From a virus (taxonomy: Duplodnaviria > Caudoviricetes), in the IMG/VR virus record IMGVR_UViG_3300004202_000003, positions 1-59,874 of that record: a DNA stretch of 59,874 nucleotides, one strand, 5' to 3'. Below the pieces are notes generated by a model. It was not told the DNA's origin and searched no databases. It saw nothing but the letters and a program-made list of their open reading frames with translations. Of the stretch, positions 10,275 through 18,744 are shown piece by piece (within the stretch, counting starts at the first letter, position 1; the number at the start of each line of letters is the position of its first letter). The position numbers and the translations under genes are program-made.

Positions 10275-10564
10275 TTGGCACCGCCTTTCAGCTCCTCGTT
10301 GATCGTGCTCATGACTTCCGGCGTGTTCTTGCAGTCGCGATAGACCGGGATCTCCTTGATCTGTGTCTCGACCTTCTGCCGAATCGTCACGTTGCGCACG
10401 TCGATCTTGGCGATCTCCTGCGCGGTTGCCGTCAGGGCATCGGATTTGCCCTTGAACTCGGCCAGGTCGATCGCGTCTCTGTGGTCCATGGCCGCGCGCC
10501 AGCCGGTGACGCCACCGCCGGCAACTAGCGCAGCGGCGACGAGCACATAAATTAATGGGTTCAT
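10271..10564 (-). CDS. Putative i-spanin (Rz-like)
   Basis: N-terminal TM, periplasmic coiled coil, PVYRDC motif. Confidence 0.75.
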   Translation of the reverse strand: MNPLIYVLVAAALVAGGGVTGWRAAMDHRDAIDLAEFKGKSDALTATAQEIAKIDVRNVTIRQKVETQIKEIPVYRDCKNTPEVMSTINEELKGGAK

Positions 10565-10812
10565 GGTTCGCCTATCCCTCCACGTTTCGCCTCGGCTGTC
10601 TTGCCATTGACGTAGCCATAACCGGCCAGCCCAGCCAGCGGCACCGCGATCGCACCCAGCGCCGCGGCTACGTCGCGCCCTACCAGTAGCGCGGCAAGCG
10701 ACAGAATCACGACGGCAGCCGACATCGAGAGCGCGGCCATAAGCATGGCGATGCGCTTGGCGCTGGCCTTGTTGGTCCGACTGTCGCTGATCGCCTCCCG
10801 TAGCCAGCCCAC
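10561..10812 (-). CDS. Putative holin (two TM helices)
   Basis: 83 aa, two hydrophobic segments and a charged C-terminus, between endolysin and spanins. Confidence 0.6.
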   Translation of the reverse strand: MGWLREAISDSRTNKASAKRIAMLMAALSMSAAVVILSLAALLVGRDVAAALGAIAVPLAGLAGYGYVNGKTAEAKRGGIGEP

Positions 10813-10813
10813 G

Positions 10814-11317
10814 TCATGCGCCTTTCGTGTAGGTCGCCGTGCCGGCGTTGAAGGTCGCGGTCAGGATCTCGCGCCGCATCGCGGGCGCAAAGCTGATATG
10901 CACCCAAGTTCCCTCTTGGATGCACTGATCGAACTTGATCTCGCTGGCCTCAATCGCCTTGACGATTGATAGCGGATCCCCGAAGGCCGGGCAGATGATG
11001 TCGGCGGCAAAGCCTTTCGGGTGTGCCTTACGCGCGAAGTATTCATTCCAGGCATCGGCCCCCGGGTATTTCCCATGCCGCGCACACCAGGCGCCGTAAT
11101 CCTTCTGGCACAGCATTCGTTCCAGCGCCTCGCAGCGGTAGCCGGAATTAATGCGCAGCGGAAAGCCCAGCAGCGCCCGCACCTTCTCCAAGCCCACGGC
11201 CAGCACGAACAGGTTGGTGATGATCCTGTCCGGCGCGCGGTTGTCGACCCCCATCCGGACGGCCGCATCGCTGCGCGTGAGCTCGTCGAGGGTGAAGTGA
11301 TCGGTCAATGCGGTCAT
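10814..11317 (-). CDS. Endolysin, peptidase M15A family
   Basis: HFTLDELTRS, INSGYRC, H-x6-D (HPKGFAAD), FDQCIQE..WVHIS. Confidence 0.88.
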   Translation of the reverse strand: MTALTDHFTLDELTRSDAAVRMGVDNRAPDRIITNLFVLAVGLEKVRALLGFPLRINSGYRCEALERMLCQKDYGAWCARHGKYPGADAWNEYFARKAHPKGFAADIICPAFGDPLSIVKAIEASEIKFDQCIQEGTWVHISFAPAMRREILTATFNAGTATYTKGA

Positions 11318-11326
11318 GGGCCCTCG

Positions 11327-11354
11327 AAAAGAAAAAGCCCGCGCGATGGCGGGC
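11327..11354 (-). terminator. Intrinsic terminator upstream of lysis genes (tR'-like)
   Basis: GCCCGC-CATCGC-GCGGGC-TTTTTCTTTT on minus strand. Confidence 0.7.
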
Positions 11355-11463
11355 GAAGCCGTCGCCGTGGTGTTGAGCGACGGAGGAGGAGACTTGCCGG
11401 TTGCAGCGGCCGGCGCCGTGTTTGGAGCCCCTGTTTGCAGTCAGGGCCGGCTGGGATCAGCGG

Positions 11464-11504
11464 AAAGCAAGAAGCCCCGCGACCTTTTCAGGTGGCAGGG
11501 CTTC
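11464..11504 (-). terminator. Second hairpin/terminator in the late leader
   Basis: GAAGCCCTGCCACCT-GAAA-AGGTCGCGGGGCTTC-TTGCTTT on minus strand. Confidence 0.55.
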
Positions 11505-11583
11505 GGTTTCTCTGGGCGCAACTCGTCGGGCGCTATGCTCGGCTTATTCAATCGCTACTGCAACAGTGAATAGCGGCAGGAAT

Positions 11584-11997
11584 TCACCCTATTTCGTCGG
11601 TAACAACAACCGCCCGCCCTTTGTCGCCGATCTGGAGGCACAGCCTCGACAGGTCACCGGTGCCGTAATTGACGCGCCATTGATCGCCTGGGTCGCTCTC
11701 GTGCGCAAGGAACACAACCTTGCCGCGCTCTCCGGATGGATGCTCGATCGTGTCGCCTTCGTGAATGTCCTTCCCGTTGAAGTCGGACCAGGGTGCTCGT
11801 GATCGCTGTGCGTAAAACCGCTCCAGCCGCTTCAGTGCATGACTGATGCCTGCCCGCGAGAATGCCGCGTCTGTAACGTACAGCATCACAACAGCCTGCT
11901 CGGCTTGCGAGAAGTTTTCGAAGTCTCCGGTGCTTATGGCTGTAAAAATCGTATCGGAATCCTTCATCTGCTGGGCATAGGTCTCTTGTTTCACCAT
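11584..11997 (-). CDS. Hypothetical protein (C-terminal DFNGKDIHEGD, YopX-like motif)
   Basis: GGAGG RBS before ATG 11997. Confidence 0.6.
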   Translation of the reverse strand: MVKQETYAQQMKDSDTIFTAISTGDFENFSQAEQAVVMLYVTDAAFSRAGISHALKRLERFYAQRSRAPWSDFNGKDIHEGDTIEHPSGERGKVVFLAHESDPGDQWRVNYGTGDLSRLCLQIGDKGRAVVVTDEIG

Positions 11998-12011
11998 CAA
12001 CCTCCATTCGC

Positions 12012-12404
12012 CTACGTCAAATCCTTCTTCAGCGCCTCTTTCCAGAATGCCGCGGCGCCATCGATCAGCATCTGCTCCAAGATCGCCGTGCTTCTGAACT
12101 TCCATACCGAGGCCTCATAGACGTTGCTGATCGCCATCCGGTACGGCTGCGGCAAGTCCTCGATGATGGTGTCGCAGACATGGGCAGCCCAATCATCAAC
12201 GGGTTCGCACAGGTGAGCGAATGCGTCCTTGCCGCTGGCGCCTCCGGATCCCATGCCCGACGACTCGGTATCGTAGCCATCGGTCAGGACGTCGCCGCGG
12301 CGCCAGACGCCCCAATTGTGCAGATGCCAGTCGGGACGCTCGGGCACCAGCTGCCGCAGGCGCTCGAACTCAAGCCATGTCGAAGTGAAGTAGTCGCTAG
12401 CCAT
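12012..12404 (-). CDS. Putative late-gene antiterminator (Q-like)
   Basis: LHNWGVWRR motif, sigma4-like C-terminus (IEDLPQPYRMAI), position near the end of the nin region before terminators and lysis. Confidence 0.55.
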   Translation of the reverse strand: MASDYFTSTWLEFERLRQLVPERPDWHLHNWGVWRRGDVLTDGYDTESSGMGSGGASGKDAFAHLCEPVDDWAAHVCDTIIEDLPQPYRMAISNVYEASVWKFRSTAILEQMLIDGAAAFWKEALKKDLT

Positions 12405-12612
12405 GACTCTTACTCCTGTCGCGGTAGAGTTTCTGCCCGATCTGCTCGATGATCTGTCGCTCAATCCAGCCGAGCCTCGGATCATCGGCGCGCACCACAA
12501 GGATCCGGTGATCGTTCCATCCATTTTTTTTGACTTCCTCCACGTCCATGGTTTCAGGGATGAAGGCAGCAAGAGCGCAATGTGGGGTCGCGGACTTGTT
12601 GCCGGCGTTCAT
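12397..12612 (-). CDS. Hypothetical protein
   Basis: 71 aa, ATGA coupling to upstream gene. Confidence 0.6.
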   Translation of the reverse strand: MNAGNKSATPHCALAAFIPETMDVEEVKKNGWNDHRILVVRADDPRLGWIERQIIEQIGQKLYRDRSKSHG

Positions 12613-12905
12613 GTCAGACCTTTTTCGCCAAGCCGCACCAGTGACCGAATATGGCCCTGCAGCCACGCCATATCGACCTCGGCTTTCGTCATGCCTGGCG
12701 GCCGGCGCCGTTGGCCGTCATACACCGCATCGCATGCCGTGCAGCAGTAGGCGCCGCACAGGTCGTCGCTCTTGTGACTCAAGCCTTTGCCGCCGGCGGA
12801 TCCGCGGTAATGCGACCAGATCACGGTCTCGGGATTGTGCGTGCAGACGCCGGGAATGCGGACGAGGCAGGCTTCACCGCGGGCGGACTTGCGAATTGCG
12901 CTCAT
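12609..12905 (-). CDS. DUF1364 / YbcO-like nin-region nuclease
   Basis: IRKSARGEACLVRIPGVC..NPET..H..K..D..AYCCTACD. Confidence 0.85.
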   Translation of the reverse strand: MSAIRKSARGEACLVRIPGVCTHNPETVIWSHYRGSAGGKGLSHKSDDLCGAYCCTACDAVYDGQRRRPPGMTKAEVDMAWLQGHIRSLVRLGEKGLT

Positions 12906-13417
12906 TCGTCGAAGCCTTCCAAGAGGCTATCCATCATTTCCGCCGCCCGGGCGCCCTTCAGGTGTGGCCACAGCACGTTGGCGGCACGATCGCCGCGCAG
13001 GAACTTGATGGCGTCCTCATGGAAAACCCTGAAAGGCTCGTCGTCCATCGCCGCGTAGCTGGTCGAGTCGGGTATCGGGATGATGGCACCCTTCGGCCCC
13101 GGCACCCATTGGCAATGTCCGGATCCAATCTTCAGCCAGTCCCTGAAGGCCCGGAAACTCTGGAAGCGCTCCTGGGCATCGAACACGGTCTGCTCGATCT
13201 TCATGTGCCGGCGGTGGAAGGGACCAGACCGCGGCAGCTTCGCCTCGATCAGCGCCATTTCCCCAGGCTCCATGTCGCGCAGCCGGCCCCAGAAGCGGCG
13301 CCATGCCGCGCGGTCCTCGCGGTTGAAGCCATCGAACACCGAGAACAGGAACTCGCTTGCCGCGTCCAGGTTCTCCGGCATGGCCTTGTCGGTCCGCATG
13401 AGGTTGATGGTGGTCAT
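12902..13417 (-). CDS. DUF1367-like nin-region protein
   Basis: PRSGPFHRR, FRDWLKIGSGH, PDSTSYAAMDDEPF. Confidence 0.7.
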   Translation of the reverse strand: MTTINLMRTDKAMPENLDAASEFLFSVFDGFNREDRAAWRRFWGRLRDMEPGEMALIEAKLPRSGPFHRRHMKIEQTVFDAQERFQSFRAFRDWLKIGSGHCQWVPGPKGAIIPIPDSTSYAAMDDEPFRVFHEDAIKFLRGDRAANVLWPHLKGARAAEMMDSLLEGFDE

Positions 13418-13426
13418 TTCGCCGGC

Positions 13427-13954
13427 TTATCCATCGAAGCCACGCGATCGCATGGCCTCCAGACTCCCATGGAGAACCATCATTGCGCCGCTCTCGCGCA
13501 GCACTCTCGCGTGATTCGGGTGCATCACAAGCGCCGATCCCACGCCGTAGCGTTCTCCACCGTCAATGAAGTAGATTTTCCGCTGTCGCGTCGTGCCAAA
13601 GCGCTTGTTCCATTTCTTCTGGATGCGCCTGTGATAGCTCGCCGACTGGTTCCTGCGTTTCTTGTGGATTCGGTTCGGCTGATGCATGTATGTGAGCAGC
13701 GGAGACTCAACGACGCGGACGGCCCCAAACGGGCTGAATAACCCGCCGGCCATGTTGGCCATGCGCTCGCACTGATTGGCTCGCTCATTCTCTTCGAGGC
13801 TCTTGATGGCTTTCCTGATGTCGTCCAGCTTCAGCACGCCATCCCCTACAGCACAGCAAGTCATAGCCGTAAAACTTGCGTCAGGCCCGGCAGGGTCAAT
13901 GCCCATCCACATCGGGTTGAACGGCAGGCCTTTGATCTCGTCTTCTTGGTCCAT
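13427..13954 (-). CDS. Hypothetical protein
   Basis: TGATG coupling; basic HRRIQKKWNKRFG segment. Confidence 0.6.
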   Translation of the reverse strand: MDQEDEIKGLPFNPMWMGIDPAGPDASFTAMTCCAVGDGVLKLDDIRKAIKSLEENERANQCERMANMAGGLFSPFGAVRVVESPLLTYMHQPNRIHKKRRNQSASYHRRIQKKWNKRFGTTRQRKIYFIDGGERYGVGSALVMHPNHARVLRESGAMMVLHGSLEAMRSRGFDG

Positions 13955-14217
13955 CACACGGCCTCCAGAATCCGCCGGCACACGTCGGCGCTCTTCCCGA
14001 ACGCGGCCTCGACGATCTGCCGCGCCTGGCTGCCCTTGGGTAGCGTCGCCAGTGCCTTGTCGTAGCCGCCGATCATCGCGGCAAGCGCCAACTGCATCGC
14101 CTCGACGTCGCCGGCAATGCCGACGGCGCGCGCCCGGATCAGCACGTCATCACGCAGCCTCGAGCTCCGCTTGACCGTGCCGACGCCGAAGACTGTTTTC
14201 TTTGGGGCGGCAGTCAT
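13954..14217 (-). CDS. Hypothetical protein
   Basis: MTAAPKKTVFG..., ATGA coupling. Confidence 0.55.
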   Translation of the reverse strand: MTAAPKKTVFGVGTVKRSSRLRDDVLIRARAVGIAGDVEAMQLALAAMIGGYDKALATLPKGSQARQIVEAAFGKSADVCRRILEAV

Positions 14218-14531
14218 GCCTGCGGGCCTTTCAGGATTTGAAATAGCTGGTCGCTTACCAGTTTGTTGTAGAGGCGCTGGGCGTAGGCGGCTTGGGCTAT
14301 CCGCGACGTCGTTCCGAATTGCTGATATGCGCCGGTCGCGAGTTCCTGGTTCTGCACAAGGACGGCGGGCGCCTTCTGGTGAAACACGATGCCGCTGTAT
14401 TCGCCGATCTCGCCACGAAACAGTGGCCGCGGCACGATGATTGCGCGGCCAGGCATCAGAAACTCGGCCTTGCACACGGCCGGCGCCACGCCGGCGGCAA
14501 GGATGGTCTTGAGGAATCCCCGGCGGTCCAT
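14214..14531 (-). CDS. Small protein with twin-arginine (Tat)-like N-terminus
   Basis: MDRRGFLKTILAAGVAPAV; TGATG coupling. Confidence 0.65.
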   Translation of the reverse strand: MDRRGFLKTILAAGVAPAVCKAEFLMPGRAIIVPRPLFRGEIGEYSGIVFHQKAPAVLVQNQELATGAYQQFGTTSRIAQAAYAQRLYNKLVSDQLFQILKGPQA

Positions 14532-14929
14532 CAGAGCAACCTTCCCTGCTCAATGATCGGCTCGACCTCGATCTCGGCGCGCGGCTGGATCCTGTCGATG
14601 GCGTGAAAGACATGCTTCTCGCGTACCTGGCGATCGTTGAGATACACCCCGCGCCGGATGATCTTGCGGTCCTTCCCGGTTCCCTCCGTCTTCGCCTGCA
14701 GAACGTCGAGGATTACGGACTCGTCCAGGTCGGGCCGCTCGGTCGCGTACCAGACCCGGATGGTCACCCGCAGCGGGCCGGCAAACATGACCTTGGCCGC
14801 GGCCGGGATCTGGAGCAATGCGTCGCGCTCGTAGTCGCGGGCCTTCTGCGACTTGATGAACGCCGGACGGCCGCCGATCGTCACCAGCTTGCGGCTGTTC
14901 GCCTTCGAAGCGGGCTCGCCCATGATCAC
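14531..14929 (-). CDS. rusA: RusA-like Holliday junction resolvase
   Basis: GEPASKANSR, RPDLDES.ILD.LQ, YLNDRQV, PRAEIEV; start uncertain (GTG 14929 or ATG 15154). Confidence 0.75.
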   Translation of the reverse strand: MIMGEPASKANSRKLVTIGGRPAFIKSQKARDYERDALLQIPAAAKVMFAGPLRVTIRVWYATERPDLDESVILDVLQAKTEGTGKDRKIIRRGVYLNDRQVREKHVFHAIDRIQPRAEIEVEPIIEQGRLL

Positions 14930-15123
14930 GAACCGGACTCGCTGGACTTGCGCGGGCTCGGCTTCGCCTTCCAGCGCTCGACGGCCATCGCCTCGACCTT
15001 CGCCGCGGTACCCGGGCCGTAGTGCTCGCGCCAGTGCGCCAGGCATCGCCGCCGGTAGTCCTTGAGCCTCGGATCTCGCATCAACAGCAGAAAATCCGCC
15101 AGGTGTTCCTCGATCGGACGCAT
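14926..15123 (-). CDS. Hypothetical protein
   Basis: 65 aa helical ORF; overlaps the optional N-terminal extension of the RusA frame. Confidence 0.5.
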   Translation of the reverse strand: MRPIEEHLADFLLLMRDPRLKDYRRRCLAHWREHYGPGTAAKVEAMAVERWKAKPSPRKSSESGS

Positions 15124-15153
15124 GCTCTTGGTCCAATTGGCTAGGGTTGTCCA

Positions 15154-16308
15154 TTATTCGACAGTCTCCTCAACTCGGCCGGCAGCCTTGAAAACGCGCG
15201 CCTTGAAGGCTGGGAATGCGTCAATTCCTCCCGGCAATTCCCTTGGAACGCCCAACTCCCTCGCCTTCGCCTCGATGCCGCTGGCCGTCTCATGCCACTC
15301 CTGCACCCTGACGGCACTCCTGACCTCCTTGCCGCTGTTCAGCACCTTGGCTGCGAACAGGTCGAGGAATGCCGGGTTGATCGGGCTGCGGTCTTTGTCT
15401 GTCTCGCGCTGCGCGACGGCGAGGTCATAGGCTTGTCGAAGCCCGGCTTCCGTAAGCCCTGCTGCCTGCCAGTTTTTGGCAAGCGCCTGGGCTTGCGGGT
15501 TGTCCGTGAAGAACTTGCCGGCGACCTTCCCTCTCGCCCGCTCCCACTCGAAGACGAGGCCGATGAATTGCCCTGCAGTGCCGGCGTCAGCCGAATCCGA
15601 CGACGACGAATCTGCGGTTTTCCCCTGTGAGGTTTTCGTCGTCGTCGACGTACTCCCTTCGGAGAGAGGGTTTACTTCTTTCTCTCCCTGTCCCTTTCCC
15701 TCTCCCTGTCCACTGTCTACGGGGTTTTCGGGGGGACATGGCGGGGACACACTATTGTTGTCCCTTGGGACTTCTGGTTGGTGTCCCTTGGGACTGTCGA
15801 TTAATGTCCCTTGGGACAGTGGCGGGACTATGGGCCATTGTTCCGATCCTGTTTCAGCCCGATACGCCTTCCATTCTTCGAAGAGTGGATAGGTCGCTTC
15901 TGTCTTGTGGCGCTGGTGGTATTTCTTGATCCGCTCGCAATCGCGCTTCCAGCGCACGCGAAGCTTTCCATTCCAGGCCTCTACTGCCTTTTCCACGACG
16001 ACAGGATGATAGAGGCGACCGTCTGAGCACTTGACGAAGCTGCGTAGCGCGCCCTCTCGAACCCGCATCCACTCCTTGACCACTCGCCCGAATCCGGCCA
16101 ACTGCGACAGCACACGATCATCATCCGGCAGGCTGCCGGCTGGAACCTGATGCCAGGATGCCGCCCACAACAACACGGCCGCCCAGCAGGCCTCCGGTGA
16201 TTCGAGCGAGGCAAGATCACTATCACGCAACCGACGAACATCGAGCGGCATAAACGGGAAGTCGGTCAGGTCGACTTCGGCGGCAATGAGTGGATCTGGT
16301 GGCGTCAC
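15154..16308 (-). CDS. Replication initiator, DUF1376/YdaU family
   Basis: DFPFMPLDVRRLRDS, LWAASWHQVPAGSLPDDD, DGRLYHPVV; internal iterons. Confidence 0.85.
   Translation of the reverse strand: MTPPDPLIAAEVDLTDFPFMPLDVRRLRDSDLASLESPEACWAAVLLWAASWHQVPAGSLPDDDRVLSQLAGFGRVVKEWMRVREGALRSFVKCSDGRLYHPVVVEKAVEAWNGKLRVRWKRDCERIKKYHQRHKTEATYPLFEEWKAYRAETGSEQWPIVPPLSQGTLIDSPKGHQPEVPRDNNSVSPPCPPENPVDSGQGEGKGQGEKEVNPLSEGSTSTTTKTSQGKTADSSSSDSADAGTAGQFIGLVFEWERARGKVAGKFFTDNPQAQALAKNWQAAGLTEAGLRQAYDLAVAQRETDKDRSPINPAFLDLFAAKVLNSGKEVRSAVRVQEWHETASGIEAKARELGVPRELPGGIDAFPAFKARVFKAAGRVEETVE
15733..15828. repeat. Iteron array, probable replication origin
   Basis: TGTCCCTTGGGAC at 15759, 15782, 15805 (23-bp spacing) plus flanking GGGAC half sites. 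Confidence 0.8.
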
Positions 16309-17978
16309 GCTGCGAACTCCAGTCCAGCCTGGCGCGGAGTCGCCGCCTCGATCCGCGCCCGGGCAATCTCGACGTGCTCCGCTTCTAGCTCGATCCCGAC
16401 GAACCGGAATCCCTCGAGCACCGCCGCCTTGCCAGTGCTTCCGCTACCGGCGAATGGATCAAGGATCAATCCTTTCGGCGGCGTCACCAGCCTGCAGAGA
16501 TACCGCATCAACTCGGTCGGCTTGACTGTTGGATGATGGTTCTCGCTGGTCCGGTCAGTGCCTTCGGCCTGAAAGCTACCGGGGTTCTGCGTTCCGCTCG
16601 ACCAGTTCAACGGCTTCTTGTCTCGGCCTTCCAGCCCTTCATTGCGGTCAGCGCGGCTGGCCTTGGCGCAGTAGAAGAAGCGGGCGGCGGTGCCAGTATC
16701 GCCGCGGAATGTGCTGCCGGCCTCGTCGATGTCACCACCGAAGGCGCCGAAGGTGTTGCGAAACTTATCGCCGTTGCGTACCGTGACGGGTGCGGCGGCG
16801 CCGGCCTCGCTCGGGAACAGCGAAACAACTTCGTCGCTGCCGTCGTGAATCAGGTTGGCTGGCCAGCGGCCTAGAGCTTCAGCTTTCACTACGTTCGCAT
16901 TGACACGTTCTGCATGGGCGGCTTTTGCTGATTCATCGTGCATCCACGGCCTATCCCATCCTTCACCTTTTTTCTTGATGTTAACGGACTGATCACCACC
17001 ACCAAGACTGTCCTTGGTTTGCACTCTTCCACCATCAATGTTCAGCGCACCAACGCCATGCGCCAGCACGTTCTCTGCGACGGTTCCTGCCAGCGGCTTG
17101 CGTGCGACAACGATCGGTTCCCAAGCGGGTTTGAGGGCGGTGCCTAGCCCGCGAGGAATACGCGGTTTGCCGCACCCTCCACAAATCGGCCATGCTCCGC
17201 TAGTTTGTGGCTCCGATTGTCCGGCCATAATTCCAGATTCGTTCTCTCGTTCTCGAGCGGCTTGTGGTTGAGATGGTGAACGGTCTCCGTGCGTGTCAGC
17301 AGATGGCCGCACCATTCCGCCATCACCAGCCGATGCTCCATCACATACCCGTCCTTGCGCGCCATTGGCAGCGCCCATTCCGGCGCTCGGACGTATCGCA
17401 CCTGAACGTAATTCCCTTTCCTGTTCCGAAGCGTGACCCCGCCCTTCCATGCTGGATTGTTCTGCCCAAATTTCGGCGGAGGGAAATTCGAGCCATCCTT
17501 GAGTGGGTGAGCCTTGTTCCTGCAGGCCCGGCTGCAATATTTCCCTTTGTTCCTGTTCAGCGTCGACCTGCGCCGATACATCGGCTGCCCGCATCTGTCG
17601 CACACCACATTCGGCCTTCGATTGGGTTTCGCAATCACAGAAAACCTCCCCGCGCAAATTGTCCAAGTTCTTTGATTTTGGGAAGCCACTGGAATACACC
17701 CACATGATCGTGTCGCGGATCTCCCAGCCGGCGTCCTCGATCGCCACCATGAGCCGGTGAAACATGCGCGTCCCGCCGAAGGCCAGTAGATGCGCGCCGG
17801 GCTTCGCTACACGCAGCGCCTTGATCCAGTATTCCGGGCCGGGAACGCCGTGGTCCCAGCCCTTGCCCATGAACTTCAGGCCGTAGGGTGGATCGCACAC
17901 GATCGCGTCGATGCTGTCGGCCTCCATGCCGTCCATCACGTCGCGACAATCCCCCTGATAGCAGTGATTCAATTTCAC
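16305..17978 (-). CDS. DNA N4-C/N6-A methyltransferase (beta class) with large internal insertion
   Basis: DPPY near N-terminus, GFPKS, GTALKPAWEPI, GRWPAN, ARFFYCAK, HPTVKP, LDPFAGSGSTG. Confidence 0.92.
   Translation of the reverse strand: MKLNHCYQGDCRDVMDGMEADSIDAIVCDPPYGLKFMGKGWDHGVPGPEYWIKALRVAKPGAHLLAFGGTRMFHRLMVAIEDAGWEIRDTIMWVYSSGFPKSKNLDNLRGEVFCDCETQSKAECGVRQMRAADVSAQVDAEQEQREILQPGLQEQGSPTQGWLEFPSAEIWAEQSSMEGRGHASEQERELRSGAIRPSAGMGAANGAQGRVCDGASAGDGGMVRPSADTHGDRSPSQPQAARERENESGIMAGQSEPQTSGAWPICGGCGKPRIPRGLGTALKPAWEPIVVARKPLAGTVAENVLAHGVGALNIDGGRVQTKDSLGGGDQSVNIKKKGEGWDRPWMHDESAKAAHAERVNANVVKAEALGRWPANLIHDGSDEVVSLFPSEAGAAAPVTVRNGDKFRNTFGAFGGDIDEAGSTFRGDTGTAARFFYCAKASRADRNEGLEGRDKKPLNWSSGTQNPGSFQAEGTDRTSENHHPTVKPTELMRYLCRLVTPPKGLILDPFAGSGSTGKAAVLEGFRFVGIELEAEHVEIARARIEAATPRQAGLEFAA
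17144..17638 (-). CDS. HNH homing endonuclease nested in another frame of the methyltransferase
   Basis: GGGAGG RBS then GTG 17638; CDRC..YCSRAC Zn finger, NNPAWKGG, GYVMEHRLVM, VHHLN...N...NL. Confidence 0.85.
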   Translation of the reverse strand: MIAKPNRRPNVVCDRCGQPMYRRRSTLNRNKGKYCSRACRNKAHPLKDGSNFPPPKFGQNNPAWKGGVTLRNRKGNYVQVRYVRAPEWALPMARKDGYVMEHRLVMAEWCGHLLTRTETVHHLNHKPLENERTNLELWPDNRSHKLAEHGRFVEGAANRVFLAG

Positions 17979-18337
17979 AACAGCGACCTCTGCCCGACGA
18001 TCTGCTTTGCCTGCTGCAGCCGCGCGCCGGCACCAGCCCCGGTAAGCGGGGTCGCGGAACTGGTGCCGGGGTTCTCGGGCGCTGCTGCGGTGGTGGAGAC
18101 GGTCGCGAGAGCGGAGGATTGACCCGCATCGATCTGCGCCCGGCTGCCTCTCGCAGCAGCTGCCCGGGCCTCATGACTGACCACGGCCTGACTGCAGCCG
18201 CTTGCTCCTTCAGGTGTATTCGATTGGTTCTGGTGGCGGATGTGATCTACCAGCGCACGTCGGGTTTTCTCAGTCTCGCGCCGCGCCATCCAGTGCAGCA
18301 CACGGTTCCATTGCTCGGCTTCCCGGTTGGTCGGCAT
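17975..18337 (-). CDS. Hypothetical protein
   Basis: ATG right after the cII-like stop; GTGA coupling to the MTase. Confidence 0.55.
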   Translation of the reverse strand: MPTNREAEQWNRVLHWMARRETEKTRRALVDHIRHQNQSNTPEGASGCSQAVVSHEARAAAARGSRAQIDAGQSSALATVSTTAAAPENPGTSSATPLTGAGAGARLQQAKQIVGQRSLL

Positions 18338-18338
18338 A

Positions 18339-18584
18339 TTATTCGCCCCCTGTTCGCCCTGAATCCGCCGTTCCATTTCCACGGCCGGCGCGTACTCTGA
18401 CGGCATGGAGACGCCCGTACAGATGATCGAGCACCAGATCCCGCAGGTAGTCGGCCGGCCGCTGGCCATTGAGCACCGCCAGCGCCGAGAATTCCTCCTT
18501 GACCTCTTCCGGGACCGCTGTCTTCAGTTCCTCGGTGCATTTCCCGATTCCGGGAGTCGCGGCGCGCGATTCGTGCTGGCTCAT
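18339..18584 (-). CDS. CII-position regulator (ribbon-helix-helix-like)
   Basis: GKCTEELKT.V.EE....F..LA......ADYLRDLV...LYG; downstream of cro. Confidence 0.6.
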   Translation of the reverse strand: MSQHESRAATPGIGKCTEELKTAVPEEVKEEFSALAVLNGQRPADYLRDLVLDHLYGRLHAVRVRAGRGNGTADSGRTGGE

Positions 18585-18744
18585 GTCAGGTGAGATACAC
18601 TTGAAAAATGCTGATCGGAAAACTTCTGGGCTTAGTGGTTTTCGGCGCCATCCTGGCGATGCCCGTCCATGTCACCGCAGGCGCTGTTCTGGCGCCGTTC
18701 AGGCTGCGGGAGCGCTGGATTCTGGTGGCATCCATGGCATTCGC

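Noticed and set aside
14930-15154. N-terminal extension of RusA
   Set aside because: Low-complexity sequence overlapping a more protein-like 65-aa ORF; retained only as an alternative start because of the TAATG coupling
17144-17650. Intein or group I intron in the methyltransferase
   Set aside because: No C-terminal HN-C/S/T intein motif, the nuclease is in a different frame, and no intron core was recognised; an intron is not formally excluded without a covariance search
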